Assembly (NCBI GenBank): GCA_963842945.1
Contig: CAWJIM010000002.1
Span: forward strand, 256,001-320,000
Direction of reading: 5' to 3'
Length of the DNA: 64,000 nucleotides
Source of the DNA: an uncultured Gemmatimonadales bacterium
Lineage (GTDB): Bacteria; Gemmatimonadota; Gemmatimonadetes; Gemmatimonadales; GWC2-71-9
Positions 41,071 through 54,181 of this stretch are shown here, piece by piece. The position numbers were made by a program, and so were the translations under genes. The notes beneath the pieces were generated by a model. That model worked only from the letters and a program-made list of their open reading frames with translations, ran no database searches and was not told where the DNA came from. Each line of letters opens with the position of its first letter. Position 1 is the stretch's first letter.

Positions 41071-42153
41071 GAGCGAGCGAGCCGCCGACGAGCGTCGAGC
41101 CGCGGTTCTGGTCGCCATGTCGGGCGGAGTGGACAGCTCCGTGGCCGCTGCCCGCCTGGTTGAGCAGGGCTACGACGTGGTGGGCGCCACCATGAAGCTG
41201 TTCTGCTACGGCGACGAGGTCCCCGACCGGCCCTGCTGCTCGCTGGATTCCATCAACGACGCGCGCGACGTCGCGCACGCTCTGGGCATCCCGCACTACG
41301 TTCTCAATCTGGAGGACCGGTTCAATCTGCACGTCATTCAGAACTTCGTCAGCGAGTACAGCCGGGGCCGGACGCCGATCCCCTGCGTGCGCTGCAACTC
41401 GTTCACCAAGTTCCGCGACCTGCTGGCCCACGCCGATGCGCTGGACTGCGACTACATCGCCACCGGCCACTACGCCATCGCCCGGGACGGCGCGCTCTAC
41501 CGGGGCGCGGATCCCGCCAAGGACCAGAGCTACTTCCTCTGGGGGATCGACCGCCAGGTGGTCGCCCGGATGCTGACGCCGGTCGGCGAGCTGACCAAGC
41601 CAGAGACCCGGGCCTATGCCCGGCGGCTGGGACTCACCACCGCGGAGAAGCAGGAGTCGGTCGAGATCTGCTTCGTTCCCAACGACGACTACGTCTCGGT
41701 GCTGGAGCGCCATCTCCCCGCCGATGCGCCGGCGCTCGCTCCGGGCCCGCTGGTCACCACCGCGGGCGAGGTCATCGGCGAGCACCAGGGCTATGGCCGA
41801 TACACCATCGGGCAGCGGAAGGGGTTGCCCGGCGGGTTCGATCGGACCGCGCTACGTGGTGGCCATTCGCCCGGAGCGGCGTGAAGTCGTGGTGGGCGAG
41901 TGCCGAGGACCTGGCGGGGCACAGCGTAACGCTGGAGGAGTTGAACTGGCTGGCAGATCCGCTGGAGCCGGGTGAGCGCTGTCGAGGTACAGATCCGGTA
42001 TCGGGCTCGCGCCGCACGTGCCGTAGTGTTGGACAGGGATTCGGACCAGCTGACCCTGGCACTGGAAACCCCGGTCCGCGCCATCACGCCCGGGCCAGTC
42101 GGGCGTGCTCTACGACCGGTGACCGGGTTCTGGGCGGAGGGGTCATCTCCTGA
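41071..42153 (+). CDS. mnmA: tRNA 2-thiouridylase MnmA (frameshifts)
   Basis: [40 protein letters not shown]. Confidence 0.95.
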
Positions 42154-42162
42154 GGGCGACCG

Positions 42163-42578
42163 CTGCCGTTCTCTCCTGCTTCACTGGATCCTGAATGCCG
42201 CCGCGCTGTGGATTGCCGCTGCCGTCGTTCCCGGGCTCGACTTCAACGGAGGGCCCGGGCCGGCTACTTCTGGTGGCTGCGGTGTTCGGCATCGTCAACA
42301 GCACCCTCCGGCCCCTGCTCACCATCCTCACCTGCCCCCTGATCGTCGTCACCCTGGGCCTGTTCACCCTGGTGATCAACGCGCTGATGCTGCTGGTGAC
42401 GGGATGGCTCTCGGAGAGCTGGGACCTGGGCTTTACGGTGAGCGGCTTCTGGGCGGCGTTCTTGGGCGGGCTGGTGGTGGGACTGGTGAGTATGGTTTTG
42501 TCGTTGGTGATGGCGGACGAAGGAGCCGCGAGTCAGGAGTCACGAGTCACCGAATGCGATCGGCCAGGTCGCCTCTAA
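42163..42578 (+). CDS. YvlD/DUF360-like 4-TM membrane protein (phage holin family 4)
   Basis: VN..LRPLLTILTCPL..TLGLFTLVINA..GF.VSGFWAA. Confidence 0.85.
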
Positions 42579-42602
42579 GACCTCGCGGCTGGTGACTCGC
42601 GA

Positions 42603-42604
<2 letters not shown>
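42528..42604. repeat. GAGTC-core heptamer inverted repeat between convergent genes
   Basis: GAGTCAG-GAGTCAC-GAGTCAC arm pairs with GGTGACTCG-CGACT. Confidence 0.7.
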
Positions 42605-43720
<1,116 letters not shown>

Positions 43721-43721
43721 G

Positions 43722-44365
43722 TTAGCGCTGCCCTGGTCGGAGTAGACCTGGACCCGGGCCGGGCGCACCAGCGTACCCTTGAACCGGTAGCCCGGCTGGA
43801 ACGTGGCGCTCACCTGCTGCTCCTTGGACGATCCGGGGCAGGCGCGGTGGAGACCGCCTCGTGCATCGCGGGATCGAACGGGGTCCCGACCGGGTCGATC
43901 CGCTCCACTCCGGCATCCTCCAGCTCCTTCCAGAGCTTCCGGTCCACCGCGCTGAGCCCCTCGCGCAGGGTGGCGAGAGGGGTGGCCGGGTCGCTGGCGA
44001 CCAGCCGATCCAGTCGTCCAGGACATCGAGCAGCTTGGCCACGAAACTGGCCTGGGCCCGGTCGCTCAGCTCGGCTCGCTCTCGGTTGATGCGCTTGCGG
44101 TAGTTGTCGAACTCGGCCGCCAGCCGGAGATGGCGGTCCTTCAGCTCGGCCAGTTCGTTCTCCAGCCGGGTGTCCTGCCCCCCCAGAAACTGGGGCTGGG
44201 TGTCTCGGTCCGGGACGACGGCTCCGCGCTCATATCGGTCGAGGCGATATCCCGCCCATCGGCGCTGCGGCCGGTGTCGCTCTCCGGCTCGGCCATTCCG
44301 GCAGGAGTGTCGACGGGAGGTCTGTTGCCATCGGAATCGCGTCCAAATCCACGCTGTTTTGCCAC
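43722..44365 (-). CDS. grpE: Nucleotide exchange factor GrpE (frameshifts; start uncertain)
   Basis: [40 protein letters not shown]. Confidence 0.92.
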
Positions 44366-44497
44366 TTTATACGCTCACTCTCGAGACTCACCAAAGATAA
44401 CATCTAGCCCAGCTTCAAACCGTGCCATTACTCAGCAGTATGCACCTGCGATGGCCGAGCGATGAACGGCGGTTCAACTGGAACAGTTGGAGCCGGG

Positions 44498-45758
44498 TTA
44501 ACGGTAATTTCGTCGTTCGGTAGCTTCTCCCAGGAGCCGGAAGACCAGATGAGCGCCGCCTGAGCCGCCCGGGCCCGAACTTCGTGGCGGGAACCGGCAA
44601 AGCGCACGTGCCTGGCATGCACCTCCCCCTGCAACGCGCACGCGATCCAGACCGTACCCACCGGCTTCTGCTCGGTACCTCCACCAGGGCCCGCAATGCC
44701 GGTAACCGCCAGAGCAGCGTCGACTCCAAACCGCTCGGCTGCGCCCTCCGCCATGGCGCGAGCCACCGGCTCACTCACGGCGCCGTGCTCATCCAGCAGC
44801 GCCTGCGCAACACCCAGCGCTTTTACCTTGACCGCGTTGTCATAGGCGATCACCCCGCCGACAAAGACATCGGAGCTGCCGGGGATTTCCGTGAGACGCC
44901 CGCCCAGAAGGCCTCCGGTGCACGACTCTGCAACGGCCAGTCGGACGCTTCTCGCGCGAGCCCGCTCCAGAACCAGGGCCGCCAGATCCGTCTCACCATC
45001 GCCATAGACCGGATCCCCCGCCCGACCCCGGAGCAGCTCGACCGCCGAGCCGAGTTTCCGGTCGGCCTCATCCGGCTCAAGATTCCAGGCGCGTCAGACG
45101 GAGGTCCACGCCTTCGTAACCCGGCAGGTAGGCCAGAGTGACCGGCGCGATCTTCTCCTCAACGTCTCCCAGGCGCTCGGCCAGGGTGGACTCGGGCATT
45201 CCACTGGTCCGAAGCAGGCGGGAACGAATGATGGCTCCCGAGGCTCTTGCCTGCAAGGCGGGGCACAACCTCGTGCTCCAGCAGCTTTCGCATCTCCTGC
45301 GGAACACCGGGCAACATGATGGTGAGACCGGGCGAGCCTTCGAGCCACAGTCCCGGAGCGGTCCCCCAGCGATTTCGGAGCACCGTGGCACCCCGGGGCA
45401 CCTCAGCCTGACTCCGGTTGCTCTCGGCCGGCTTGCGCTCCAGCCGGGCAAATCGCGCCAGCAAACTGGCCCAGACACTTTCGTCGAACTCGAGCGGCGC
45501 CTGGAAGAGCTCGGCCACCACCTTCTTGGTCATGTCGTCGCGCGTGGGACCCAGGCCTCCGGTGGTGAGGACGGCCCCGGTGCGCTGCAGGGCTTCGGCC
45601 ACGGCGGCGCGGATGGCGTCCGGCTGGTCGGCTACCGAAATCCGGCGGACCACCCGCACGCCATGGTCCGCCAGACGCCGCGCGATCTCGGCGCCGTTGG
45701 TATCTACGGTGAACCCCAGCAGCAGCTCGGTCCCGATGGTAACCAGCTCGATGTTCAT
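44498..45758 (-). CDS. cinA: Competence/damage-inducible protein CinA (frameshifts)
   Basis: IGTELLLG..DTN, TGGLGPTRDD, LPGVP, AVAESCTGG, GAVSEPVA, VTGIAGPGGG. Confidence 0.93.
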
Positions 45759-45778
45759 GGAGGGTCTGGAGCTAGCTC

Positions 45779-46415
45779 CTAGCTGCGTTCGGAGAAGAGT
45801 CGCCGATTGCGGTAGAGATAGAGCACAAAGGAGTAGACGGTGAGCAGCTGCCGCAACAGCCAGCGTGACCGCGACGAAGCCGCCGTGGAATTCGTTCCAG
45901 TACTGCGCGTACCGGTTGTGCTCCCAACCCATGGGCTTCCGCGCATCGCGGAAGGCAAACCAGAGGATGATGGCGCCGACGAAGATGTTCTGGATCGTGG
46001 TCTTGAGCTTTCCCGCACCGGCTGCCGGGATCACCACGCCTCTCCGGCTGGCCCACCAGCGGAAGACGGTCATGGCCAGTTCCCGGCCGATCAGCAGCAG
46101 GCAGACCCAGAGAGGGATGCTGCCCCAGATCGGAATGTCGTAGAGATCGTGGCGCTGGCGGGAGATGAAGTAGATCGGGATCAGGGTGGCGAAGAGCAGA
46201 AGCTTGTCGGCGATGGGATCCAGCAGCTTGCCCAGGTCGGTGACCTCGTTCCGGCTGCGGGCGAGATGCCCGTCGTAGATGTCGCTGACCGCGGCAATGA
46301 TGAAAATGATGAACGCGATGAGCTTGGGCCAGTACCCCTCGATGAACGGCAGCAGCGCGATGACCGGGGTGAAGCAGATGCGAACGAGGGTAATGATGTT
46401 GGGCAGGGTCCACAT
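45779..46415 (-). CDS. pgsA: CDP-alcohol phosphatidyltransferase (PgsA-like)
   Basis: TLPNIITLVR, SDIYDGHLAR..VTDLGKLLDPIADK, GKLKT. Confidence 0.9.
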
Positions 46416-46420
46416 GGTAC

Positions 46421-47095
<675 letters not shown>

Positions 47096-47109
47096 GGGTG
47101 CTGCTTTCC

Positions 47110-47600
47110 TCAGGCCCCGAAGAGTTTGTCGATCTCGTCTTCCGCCTCGCCCAGGAACTCCGACTCTACCCCGGGCGCGCTGGTGCCATCGCGGTTGAAC
47201 ATGTCGGTGAACACCTGAGTCAGCTGGACCACCGCCGTCTTGACCCGCAGCTTGACCAGTCCCAGCGTGGTTCGGTTGTCGAACAGCACCACCAGGATGA
47301 CCCGCCGGGCGATATCGGCCAGGTACATCGACTCCCGCTCGCCCTGGTGAAACAGGGCGCCGAACTCCGACTCGCCCAGCATGCGGGCCAGCTGATCGTT
47401 GGCGCTGAAGTCGGCGGCGGTGAGCGACGCGAAGGCGGTGGGATCGAACGCCGGAGCCTCGCCGGCGGTGGCCACCATCTGGCCGGTGCGGTCGACGATC
47501 AGCGCGGTGCGCGCGTTGGATTCGCTGAGGAAGCCGCTCAGGATTGCCTGAATCTTTCGGCGTCGTCTTCCCGGAACGACCAGCTCGAAGCGCCGCTCAC
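47110..47600 (-). CDS. mglB: MglB roadblock/LC7 GAP (frameshift ~47545)
   Basis: [40 protein letters not shown]; directly upstream of mglA. Confidence 0.92.
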
Positions 47601-47610
47601 CGGCTCGATC

Positions 47611-47881
47611 TCATGCCAGAGTCGCTTCCATACGCCGCACGATGGCCTCGGCCCGCCGGCGGAGCATCGGCTGCCGCTCCCAGGCGAGGTAGTCCCGCAG
47701 CAGCCGGACGGTTTCCACCCCGTTCTGCCCCGCCAGAAAGCCCAGCGCGGCAAGGCGCCGGAGCGGGCGGGGGCTGAACAGATCGCGCCGATGATAGGTG
47801 AGCCGCTGCTGGGCCAGGAGCCAGCCACCGGTTACCCCAGCCACCACTCCCCCGGCGAACACCCAGCGCGCGCGACCGCAT
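47611..47881 (-). CDS. Small membrane-anchored hypothetical protein
   Basis: ATG overlaps the recR stop; N-terminal TM; HRRDLFS..PLRRLAALG..LLRDY. Confidence 0.65.
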
Positions 47882-48472
47882 CAGCCGACGTCCTGCCGGG
47901 CAACCAGCGCGTGAGCCAGGGTGACGCCGTCGACGTATTCCAGGTCGCCACCCATGGGAAGCCCGCGCGCCAAGCCGGGTAACCCGCACGTCCATGCCGG
48001 CCAGCAGCTGCTGAATGTAGGTGGCGGTGACCTCGCCCTCCATCGAAGGATTGGTCGCCAGAATCACCTCGCGCACCCCGCCCTCCCGCACCCGCTGCAC
48101 CAGGCGGTCCAGCCGCAGTGCCTCCGGGCCGATGCCGTCCAGCGGCGACAGCTGGCCGCCGAGCACGTGGTAACGGCCCCGGAAGTCGGTCGAGCGATCG
48201 ACCACGCCCACCGTCGAGGGCTCCTCCACCACGCAGACCACTCCGGCATCTCGCCGGGGATCGCGGCAGATGGCGCAGGGCTGGTCCTCAGTGAGGTTGC
48301 CGCACTCCTCGCAGGGCCGCACCCGCTCGGTCACCGAGGCGAGGGCCGAGGCGAGGCGCTGAGCCTGTTCAGGGGATTGCTGAAGCAGATGAAAAGTGAG
48401 CCGCTGAGCCGTCTTCCGGCCGATTCCGGGAAGCCTGGCAAGTTCGGTGATCAGCTCCTCGATCGCGCTCAC
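47881..48472 (-). CDS. recR: Recombination protein RecR (C-terminal frameshift)
   Basis: LPGIGRKTAQR, C4 zinc finger, YHVLGG.LSPLDG, EVILATNP..EGE. Confidence 0.96.
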
Positions 48473-48787
48473 CGGTCAGAAAGGAGAGCGTAAAGGGCAG
48501 CTGAGGGCACTTTCCGCATCTCGGCCTGGAGCATCTCGGCCGCGCGGCGCTGGGCCTCGGCCACCGCGGTGAGCACCAGATCGCTGAGAAATTCGGCGTC
48601 ATGATCCTTGAAATACGGCGGGATCGATCGACACTGCGCGGACGGTGCCGCGGCCATCGGCGGTGACCTTCACCATGCCGCCGCCGGCGGAGGTCTCGAT
48701 GGTGCGGGTGGCCAGCTCCGTCTGCAGCTGCTGCAGCCGGCCTTGCATCTGCTGGCCCAGCTGAAAGAGCTGCTGAAGATCTGCCAT
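48469..48787 (-). CDS. ybaB: YbaB/EbfC nucleoid-associated protein (frameshifts)
   Basis: QQMQ..SAGGGMVKVTADG..IDP..LSDLVLTAV; lies between dnaX and recR. Confidence 0.9.
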
Positions 48788-48808
48788 GCTATCGGGTAAT
48801 CCTGCCAT

Positions 48809-48906
48809 GAGTCGGGAGTGTAGAGTCGAACGTCTAAAGTCTGAAGTCCAGAGTCCTAGGCTTAAGGTCTGCCCCTAGAACTCGAGACTCTGGACTCTAG
48901 ACCTAG
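48809..48906. repeat. Degenerate GAGTC/GACTC heptamer inverted array between dnaX and ybaB
   Basis: About 7 RAGTCNN units followed by an inverted arm GACTCTGGACTCTAGAC; AGTCCAGAGTC pairs with GACTCTGGACT. Confidence 0.75.
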
Positions 48907-48912
48907 TCCCGC

Positions 48913-50612
48913 TCAATCCACGATCTCCAAATCTAACGCATCGGCCGCCGTGTCGAGGGCGGGATCCTTGGACCGGAACTCCCGCAGCCGGTCGGCTTTG
49001 ATGCTCGAATCGGACATCCGGCGGGGCTCGGGCCTGGGGGGCGTCCCGCTGGTCCGGATTGGCGACGAGCCGCAGGCGGATGGGCTGGCCCAGGCTTCGG
49101 CTCAGGATCTCCTCGACCTTACGCGCCTCCTGCTCAAGCCGGTCGGCAAACAACTGATTGGGCTCGCTGCATGCGCCACAGTCAGGCCAGGGCAGCACCA
49201 GGGCGACCGGCTCGACCGAGCTGCCAGGAGCTTCGCCCAGGAACCGGCTCTGGACCCGGGCGGCGACGACACGCGGGCCAGCCGGCCCGAATGGCTTCGA
49301 TCGAGGGGGCCAGTTGGCGGTCGGCGGGAAGCGGGGAGCGGGGCCGCTGGAGGCGGCCCCGGCGGCCCGGATTCGCGCCTGTGGCTTGGCTGCAGCCGCT
49401 GCTGCTCTGAGCCGGTGCCGCCGCTGGCGCTCTAGCTACCCCGCTGCCCCGCGGTTCCCTGCTCCCCGCTGCCCCGCTGCCCCGCTGTCCCCTGCCAGCA
49501 CCTCCTCCAGATCCACCATCCGGTCCAGCAGGCCCAGCGCAGCAGCAGCGTCTCGACCACCAGCCGGGGATTGACGCTTCGGCGGATGCCGTTCTCGTTT
49601 CGGCCAGCAAGCCGCAGCATGCGGAGCACGTCGCCCGGCTGCAAACGGCTCCGGTACTCCTCCAGCCTGGCGCGGACCGCCTCGGTGAGCCCCTCCGGCT
49701 CGGCACCCACCTGGAGCATCAGCAGGCCTCGGAGCACCTCGGCCGCCCCGGCCATGAACTCCGCCAGGTCGACCCCTGCGTCACACAGCCGGTCCACGAG
49801 CGGAAAAACCGCCGCCGGGCTCCGCTCGGCCACCAGCTGCAGCACCTCTGCGTAGAGCTCGTCATCGACCAGGCCCAGCACCTCGCGGACCCGCTCGGCC
49901 GTGACCACCCCTTCGCCAAAGCTCAGGCACTGGTCGAGAACCGAGAGCGCGTCCCGCATGCCGCCATCGGCGTGGCGGGCGATGAGCGTGAGCGCGTCGT
50001 CCTCGGCCTGCATCTCCTCCGCCGCGAGCACCTGCTGGAGCCGGTCCCGAATGGCCGCCGGGACCGATTCGGCGGAAATCGAACCGCTGAAGGCGGGACA
50101 TCACCGGCGCTGCGGTGGCCGCGATCTTCTGGGGCTCGGTGGTGGCAAAGACGAAGACCACACCCGGAGGCGGCTCTTCCAGAATCTTCAGCAGCGCGTT
50201 CCACGCCTCGCGGGTCAGCATGTGGGCTTCGTCGACGATGTAGACCTTGTGAGTGGCCCTCCTGCGATGCGGCGTACATGGCCCGCTCCCGCAGATCGCG
50301 AGCGTCTTCCACTCCGCGGTTGCTGGCGGCGTCGATCTCGACCACGTCGAGATTGGCGGAGCCATTCCAGACCCGGAGGCAGTTCTCGCATTCGCCGCAG
50401 GGATCACCTGACGCGTCCCGCTGGGCGCAGTTGAGCGCCATGGCCAGGATGCGGGCGGCGGTGGTCTTCCCGACCCCTCGGGGACCGGTCAGGAGATACC
50501 CGTGCCCCACCCGGCCCCGGGCAACGGCGCCGCGGAGCACGGCCACGACATGGTCTTGGACCAGGAGATCGGAAAAGCGCTTGGGGCGGTATCGGCGGGC
50601 GAGGGAGATCAT
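48913..50612 (-). CDS. dnaX: DNA polymerase III subunit gamma/tau (frameshifts)
   Basis: [51 protein letters not shown]. Confidence 0.96.
49439..49492 (-). repeat. G-rich octamer (CAGCGGGG) tandem repeat inside the dnaX linker
   Basis: Coding strand has six GGGG runs and one GGG run within 54 nt. Confidence 0.85.
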
Positions 50613-50632
50613 ATAAGCGGGCCAAAAAGAAA

Positions 50633-50736
50633 AGTGCCTCAGGCACCCCGAAGCGACACCGGACATCGCTTAGCGCTGCTACCGGCGAGGTCCTGACGCG
50701 GTTCACGCGCCGGCGCCCTTCGGACCTGAGGCATCC
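50633..50736 (-). ncRNA. ffs: Signal recognition particle RNA (4.5S)
   Basis: GUGAACCGCGUCAGGACC-loop-GGUAGCAGCGCUAAG domain IV signature; terminal stem UGCCUCAGG/CCUGAGGCA; U-tract after; upstream of dnaX-ybaB-recR. Confidence 0.92.
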
Positions 50737-50776
50737 GTAATATAACCCGCCCCGAACGGGGTGGGAATCGCGACGA

Positions 50777-51286
50777 CTAGTGCTGCGGAGCGAGATTCGA
50801 GCTGTACATATCCACCACGTACTTCCAGCTGCCGTCGGGCTGCTTCTTCAGGATTTCCAGGAACTTCCCTTCGTCTGCCACGCCGGATGCCTTTGGCCTT
50901 GGGTACCGCCGTGAAGCGGTAGTGTCCCATGTTGTAGGCCAGGTCACCCCGCCCTTCCACGATGTCGGAGTCGATCTCGAAGCGAACGGTGTAGGCCTCG
51001 AAGAATCCTCCCCAGAACGCGCGGATGGCAGCGCGGCCCTTTTGCGGCGGAAGATTGGGAGGAAGCAGAGCCGCGTTGGTGGCATACACAGCAGCAACTG
51101 AATCCGCATTGCCGGCGTTGGCAGCCGCCGCAAAGGCGGAGTCCACGGCTCGAATGGCGCCAAGATCGGCGTCGGACAGCTCAGCGGCCGAGTTTGCCGC
51201 CGGCCGAGTCGGAAGACCTTTCCCGCTGTCTTGCAGCCCGTGCCGAATGCCAACCCGACAGCCACCATCACCAGGGCACGACCCAT
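50777..51286 (-). CDS. YybH/DUF4440 NTF2-like lipoprotein (internal indels)
   Basis: Lipobox GTG-C; AA.YA.NA.LLPPN..GRAAIRAFW; GDLAY..G; GKFLEILKKQPDGSWK. Confidence 0.8.
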   Translation of the reverse strand: MGRALVMVAVGLAFGTGCKTAGKVFRLGRRQTRPLSCPTPILAPFEPWTPPLRRLPTPAMRIQLLLCMPPTRLCFLPIFRRKRAALPSARSGEDSSRPTPFASRSTPTSWKGGVTWPTTWDTTASRRYPRPKASGVADEGKFLEILKKQPDGSWKYVVDMYSSNLAPQH

Positions 51287-51328
51287 GGGTTGCGACACGT
51301 GGACCACCTCCGAAGTGGTGAGATACGA

Positions 51329-52240
51329 TCAGCCCAGAATCGCCCGCTGGCGGTCGAGCATCTTTCTCAACTCCCAGGTCTCCGCCACGACGGCGCCCAG
51401 CAGAAACACAATGGCGGTGTAGTAGACCCAGAGAATGAACAGCACTATCGCACCCAGATTCGCGTCGCCGCCGAGCCCCTCGAACGAGGCGAAGTTGGTC
51501 AGGTACAGGGCATAGAGCCGCTTGGCCACCTCGAAGAGCAGCGCGGTGAAGGTGGCGGCGAGCAGCGCGGTTTTCCAGGGGAGCCGGCGGACCGAGGCGT
51601 AGCTGTAGGTGACGTAGAACAGGGAAACCGAGAAGCTGAAGGCGAGGAGCTCCGCCAGGTAGCGCCCAACGGTGGACACGAAGAACCCGAGCTGGGGCAC
51701 GGTCTCGGTTCCGCGGGCCTCCAGAATGGCCAGCCCGGTCGTCAGCAGCGTATTCGCCAGAAACAGGATCACCGTGCCGATAACCATGGTCGCGTCGCGC
51801 AGCTTGGCCAGGAGCAACAGGGTGATCACCGCCCGGTGCGGAGTCGGGCGGAGCGAAACGTCGTAGATGTCGTTCAGTGCGGTGCGGATGCCGGCAAAGA
51901 GCCGGGTGCTGAACCAGAGGAAGGCGGGCACCGCGTAGAGCGACAGCTCGCCCCGGTTCTCGGTGATGCCGGTCAGCAGCCGCTCGATGATGCCGAACGG
52001 ATCGCGGTCCGGCAAGCGTCGAATGGGGTGGCAGGAAGCGGTGGAACAGCTCCAACGGTGTCGACTTCGGGGCCGGTGACAGCCTGGGCCAGATGGGTCA
52101 GGCCGATCAGCAAGAGCAGGATGAACGGAACCGCGGCCAGCAGCGCGTCGAAGGTCAGTGCGCTGGCGAGAAACGGAATGTTGTCTTCATCGGCGGCTTG
52201 GAGGGTCCGGCGCAGGAAGCCGGCGGGCGAACGGTACCAC
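51329..52240 (-). CDS. YihY/BrkB family membrane protein (frameshifts)
   Basis: DNIPFLASALTF, ALNDIY, LFEVAK, ILWVYYTAIVFLLGA. Confidence 0.88.
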
Positions 52241-52259
52241 CCGCCGGGCCTGGACCGAC

Positions 52260-52658
52260 TCAGGCGAGCGGCTCCTCGAGATCTGCCGGTGAGCGACGCC
52301 GCGCCCGGGCGTCGGCCAGGCGCCGCTCGAGCTCCTCCCGGGGCGACGGCCTGGCGCTGCGCCCGAATCGCTCCGCGCTGTCCTCTTCCTCCAGCTCGTC
52401 CTCCTCATCCTCGAGCATGCCCTGAAGGGAGTCCTTGGCGCCGCCGAACTGCTGGGTGATCTCGTCCAGCTTCTCCTCGGTCATGGCCCGGAACTTCCAC
52501 AGCTTGCGCTGCAGATTGCGGCGGGTTTCCTCGCCGCTGCTCGGCGCGTATAGCAGCGCCACTCCCGCGCCCAACAGCGCACCCCAGAAGAGCCACTTGG
52601 CGGAGGAGTCGCCTCCCCGCTCGACGTACACCACCTCGCGCTGCTGCTTGCGACGCAT
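52260..52658 (-). CDS. YtxH domain-containing protein
   Basis: FWGALLGAGVALLYAPSSGEETR signature. Confidence 0.88.
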   Translation of the reverse strand: MRRKQQREVVYVERGGDSSAKWLFWGALLGAGVALLYAPSSGEETRRNLQRKLWKFRAMTEEKLDEITQQFGGAKDSLQGMLEDEEDELEEEDSAERFGRSARPSPREELERRLADARARRRSPADLEEPLA

Positions 52659-52667
52659 TCGAGCCTC

Positions 52668-54084
52668 CTATTCCCCGGCGTCGGGGTCGTCGGCCGCCGC
52701 AACCAGCACCGGCTTGAGCGCCGCGTGATGCTGGATGGGGGCCTGGATGAACCGGTTGACCTGATCCTGAGTTCCGTTCACGTTCAGCTGCTCGAACAGA
52801 AATGCGAACGTTTTCTCGAGGTCGCCGGCAATTGCGCCACGGATGTCCTCGGGCAAAGACCAGAGGTCCTGCTTGAAAGGGCCGATCGCCTTCTTCCGTG
52901 CCTTGTAATAGAACTGCTCGTTGGTGTCACCGCTCTTCCGTTCACCGGCCGCATTCTCGTCCACCCAGCTGCGCAGCCGCTGCCGCAGCTCAGCCGGGAG
53001 CCGGGGGTGATCGAAGACGATGTTCTGAAAGTTGGTCGCGAGATGGATCTCGGCGGTTTCAATCCGGGGGAAGTTGCCGAAGGCATTGGACGGGAGCGTG
53101 CTGGCGCCGTGCTGCACCGCCCCGGCAAGGCCGTACTCGCTCACGCGCCACTTCGGAGAGTGCCGCGAGCGCCTGTGAGGTCCAGCTTGACGTCGGCCAT
53201 CGTGCCATCGGCCAGGACCACGCCACCATGCGAAGTGCCCGTCTGCACCGAGATCTTGCTGATGCCCACGGGATCGCCCAGGGCGGCGATCGCCTGGTTG
53301 TAGCCCTGCATGAAGGCGTGCAGCTCCTCCACCGTGCTGTTCTTCATCCCGACTTCGCCGATCTCGGCTCCCACCGAGACCGTCATCCCCTGCGGCTCCT
53401 GTCCCGGATGAAGGCGGTGATCTCGGCGGCGCGCTCGTAGTTGAGCCGCTGCTGTTCGCTCAGCGAGGACTGGGAGAGATCCACCAGGGTAGAAGTATCT
53501 ACGTCGATGTTGTAGAACCCGGCACCAACCTCCTCGGCAATCAGCTTCTTGACCTCACCGACCTCGCCGTCGGGATCGGCCTGGTACTTCTTCTGGTTGA
53601 CCTGGCAGTGGTCGCCCTGAATGAAGAGCGGCAGGGTATAGCCCTCCCGCAAGGCAGCGGCAATCATGACCGAGACATACTCCGCAGGCCGCTGCTCGGT
53701 ATAGGCGATCTCGGAGCGGGCAATCTCCAGAATGATGGCTCCGGCTTTGCCCGCACGCGCGGCACGAAAGATCGCCCGGGCCGTGTCGTAGGCCATCATG
53801 CGGACGTTGATGGCGGGGACGGTGAACCCACCGCATTCGCCCCGGCCTCGGGCCAGATACAGATCATTAATGGAGGCCGGGCGGGCGCCGGTTACCTGCC
53901 CCAGCTCCCAGATGAGCCAGCGGGCTGCCTCACGGTCGTCTCCGGACCCAAAGACCGCCTGCCAGGCCAGCCGGTCGGTTGCTGGTGAGCGCAGCTTGGC
54001 CTGATCGCGGATCTTTACCCCGCCGGGGACCAGAATCACCCCGCCTCCATACAGATCGATCACCCGCTGTGTTGCATCAGCCAT
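52668..54084 (-). CDS. fba: Class II fructose-bisphosphate aldolase (frameshifts)
   Basis: [44 protein letters not shown]. Confidence 0.88.
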
Positions 54085-54181
54085 GCAGGTCTATCCTCTT
54101 GAACGCAGTGTCCATGCATCTGCCAAAGGTAGGACGGGAACGGAAGACCCGCAACGCGCCGCGGGAGAGATCGCACCCTCG

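Noticed and set aside
41030..41120. Apparent IscS-MnmA fusion
   Set aside because: The junction lies in an error-dense GAGC-repeat stretch; a lost stop is more parsimonious
42163..42578. Holin-family gene as evidence of a prophage
   Set aside because: This 4-TM family is commonly chromosomal, and no phage genes are nearby
45750..45850. Apparent PgsA-CinA fusion (ORF 45159..46415)
   Set aside because: The pgsA C-terminal helix continues in another frame to a stop at 45779
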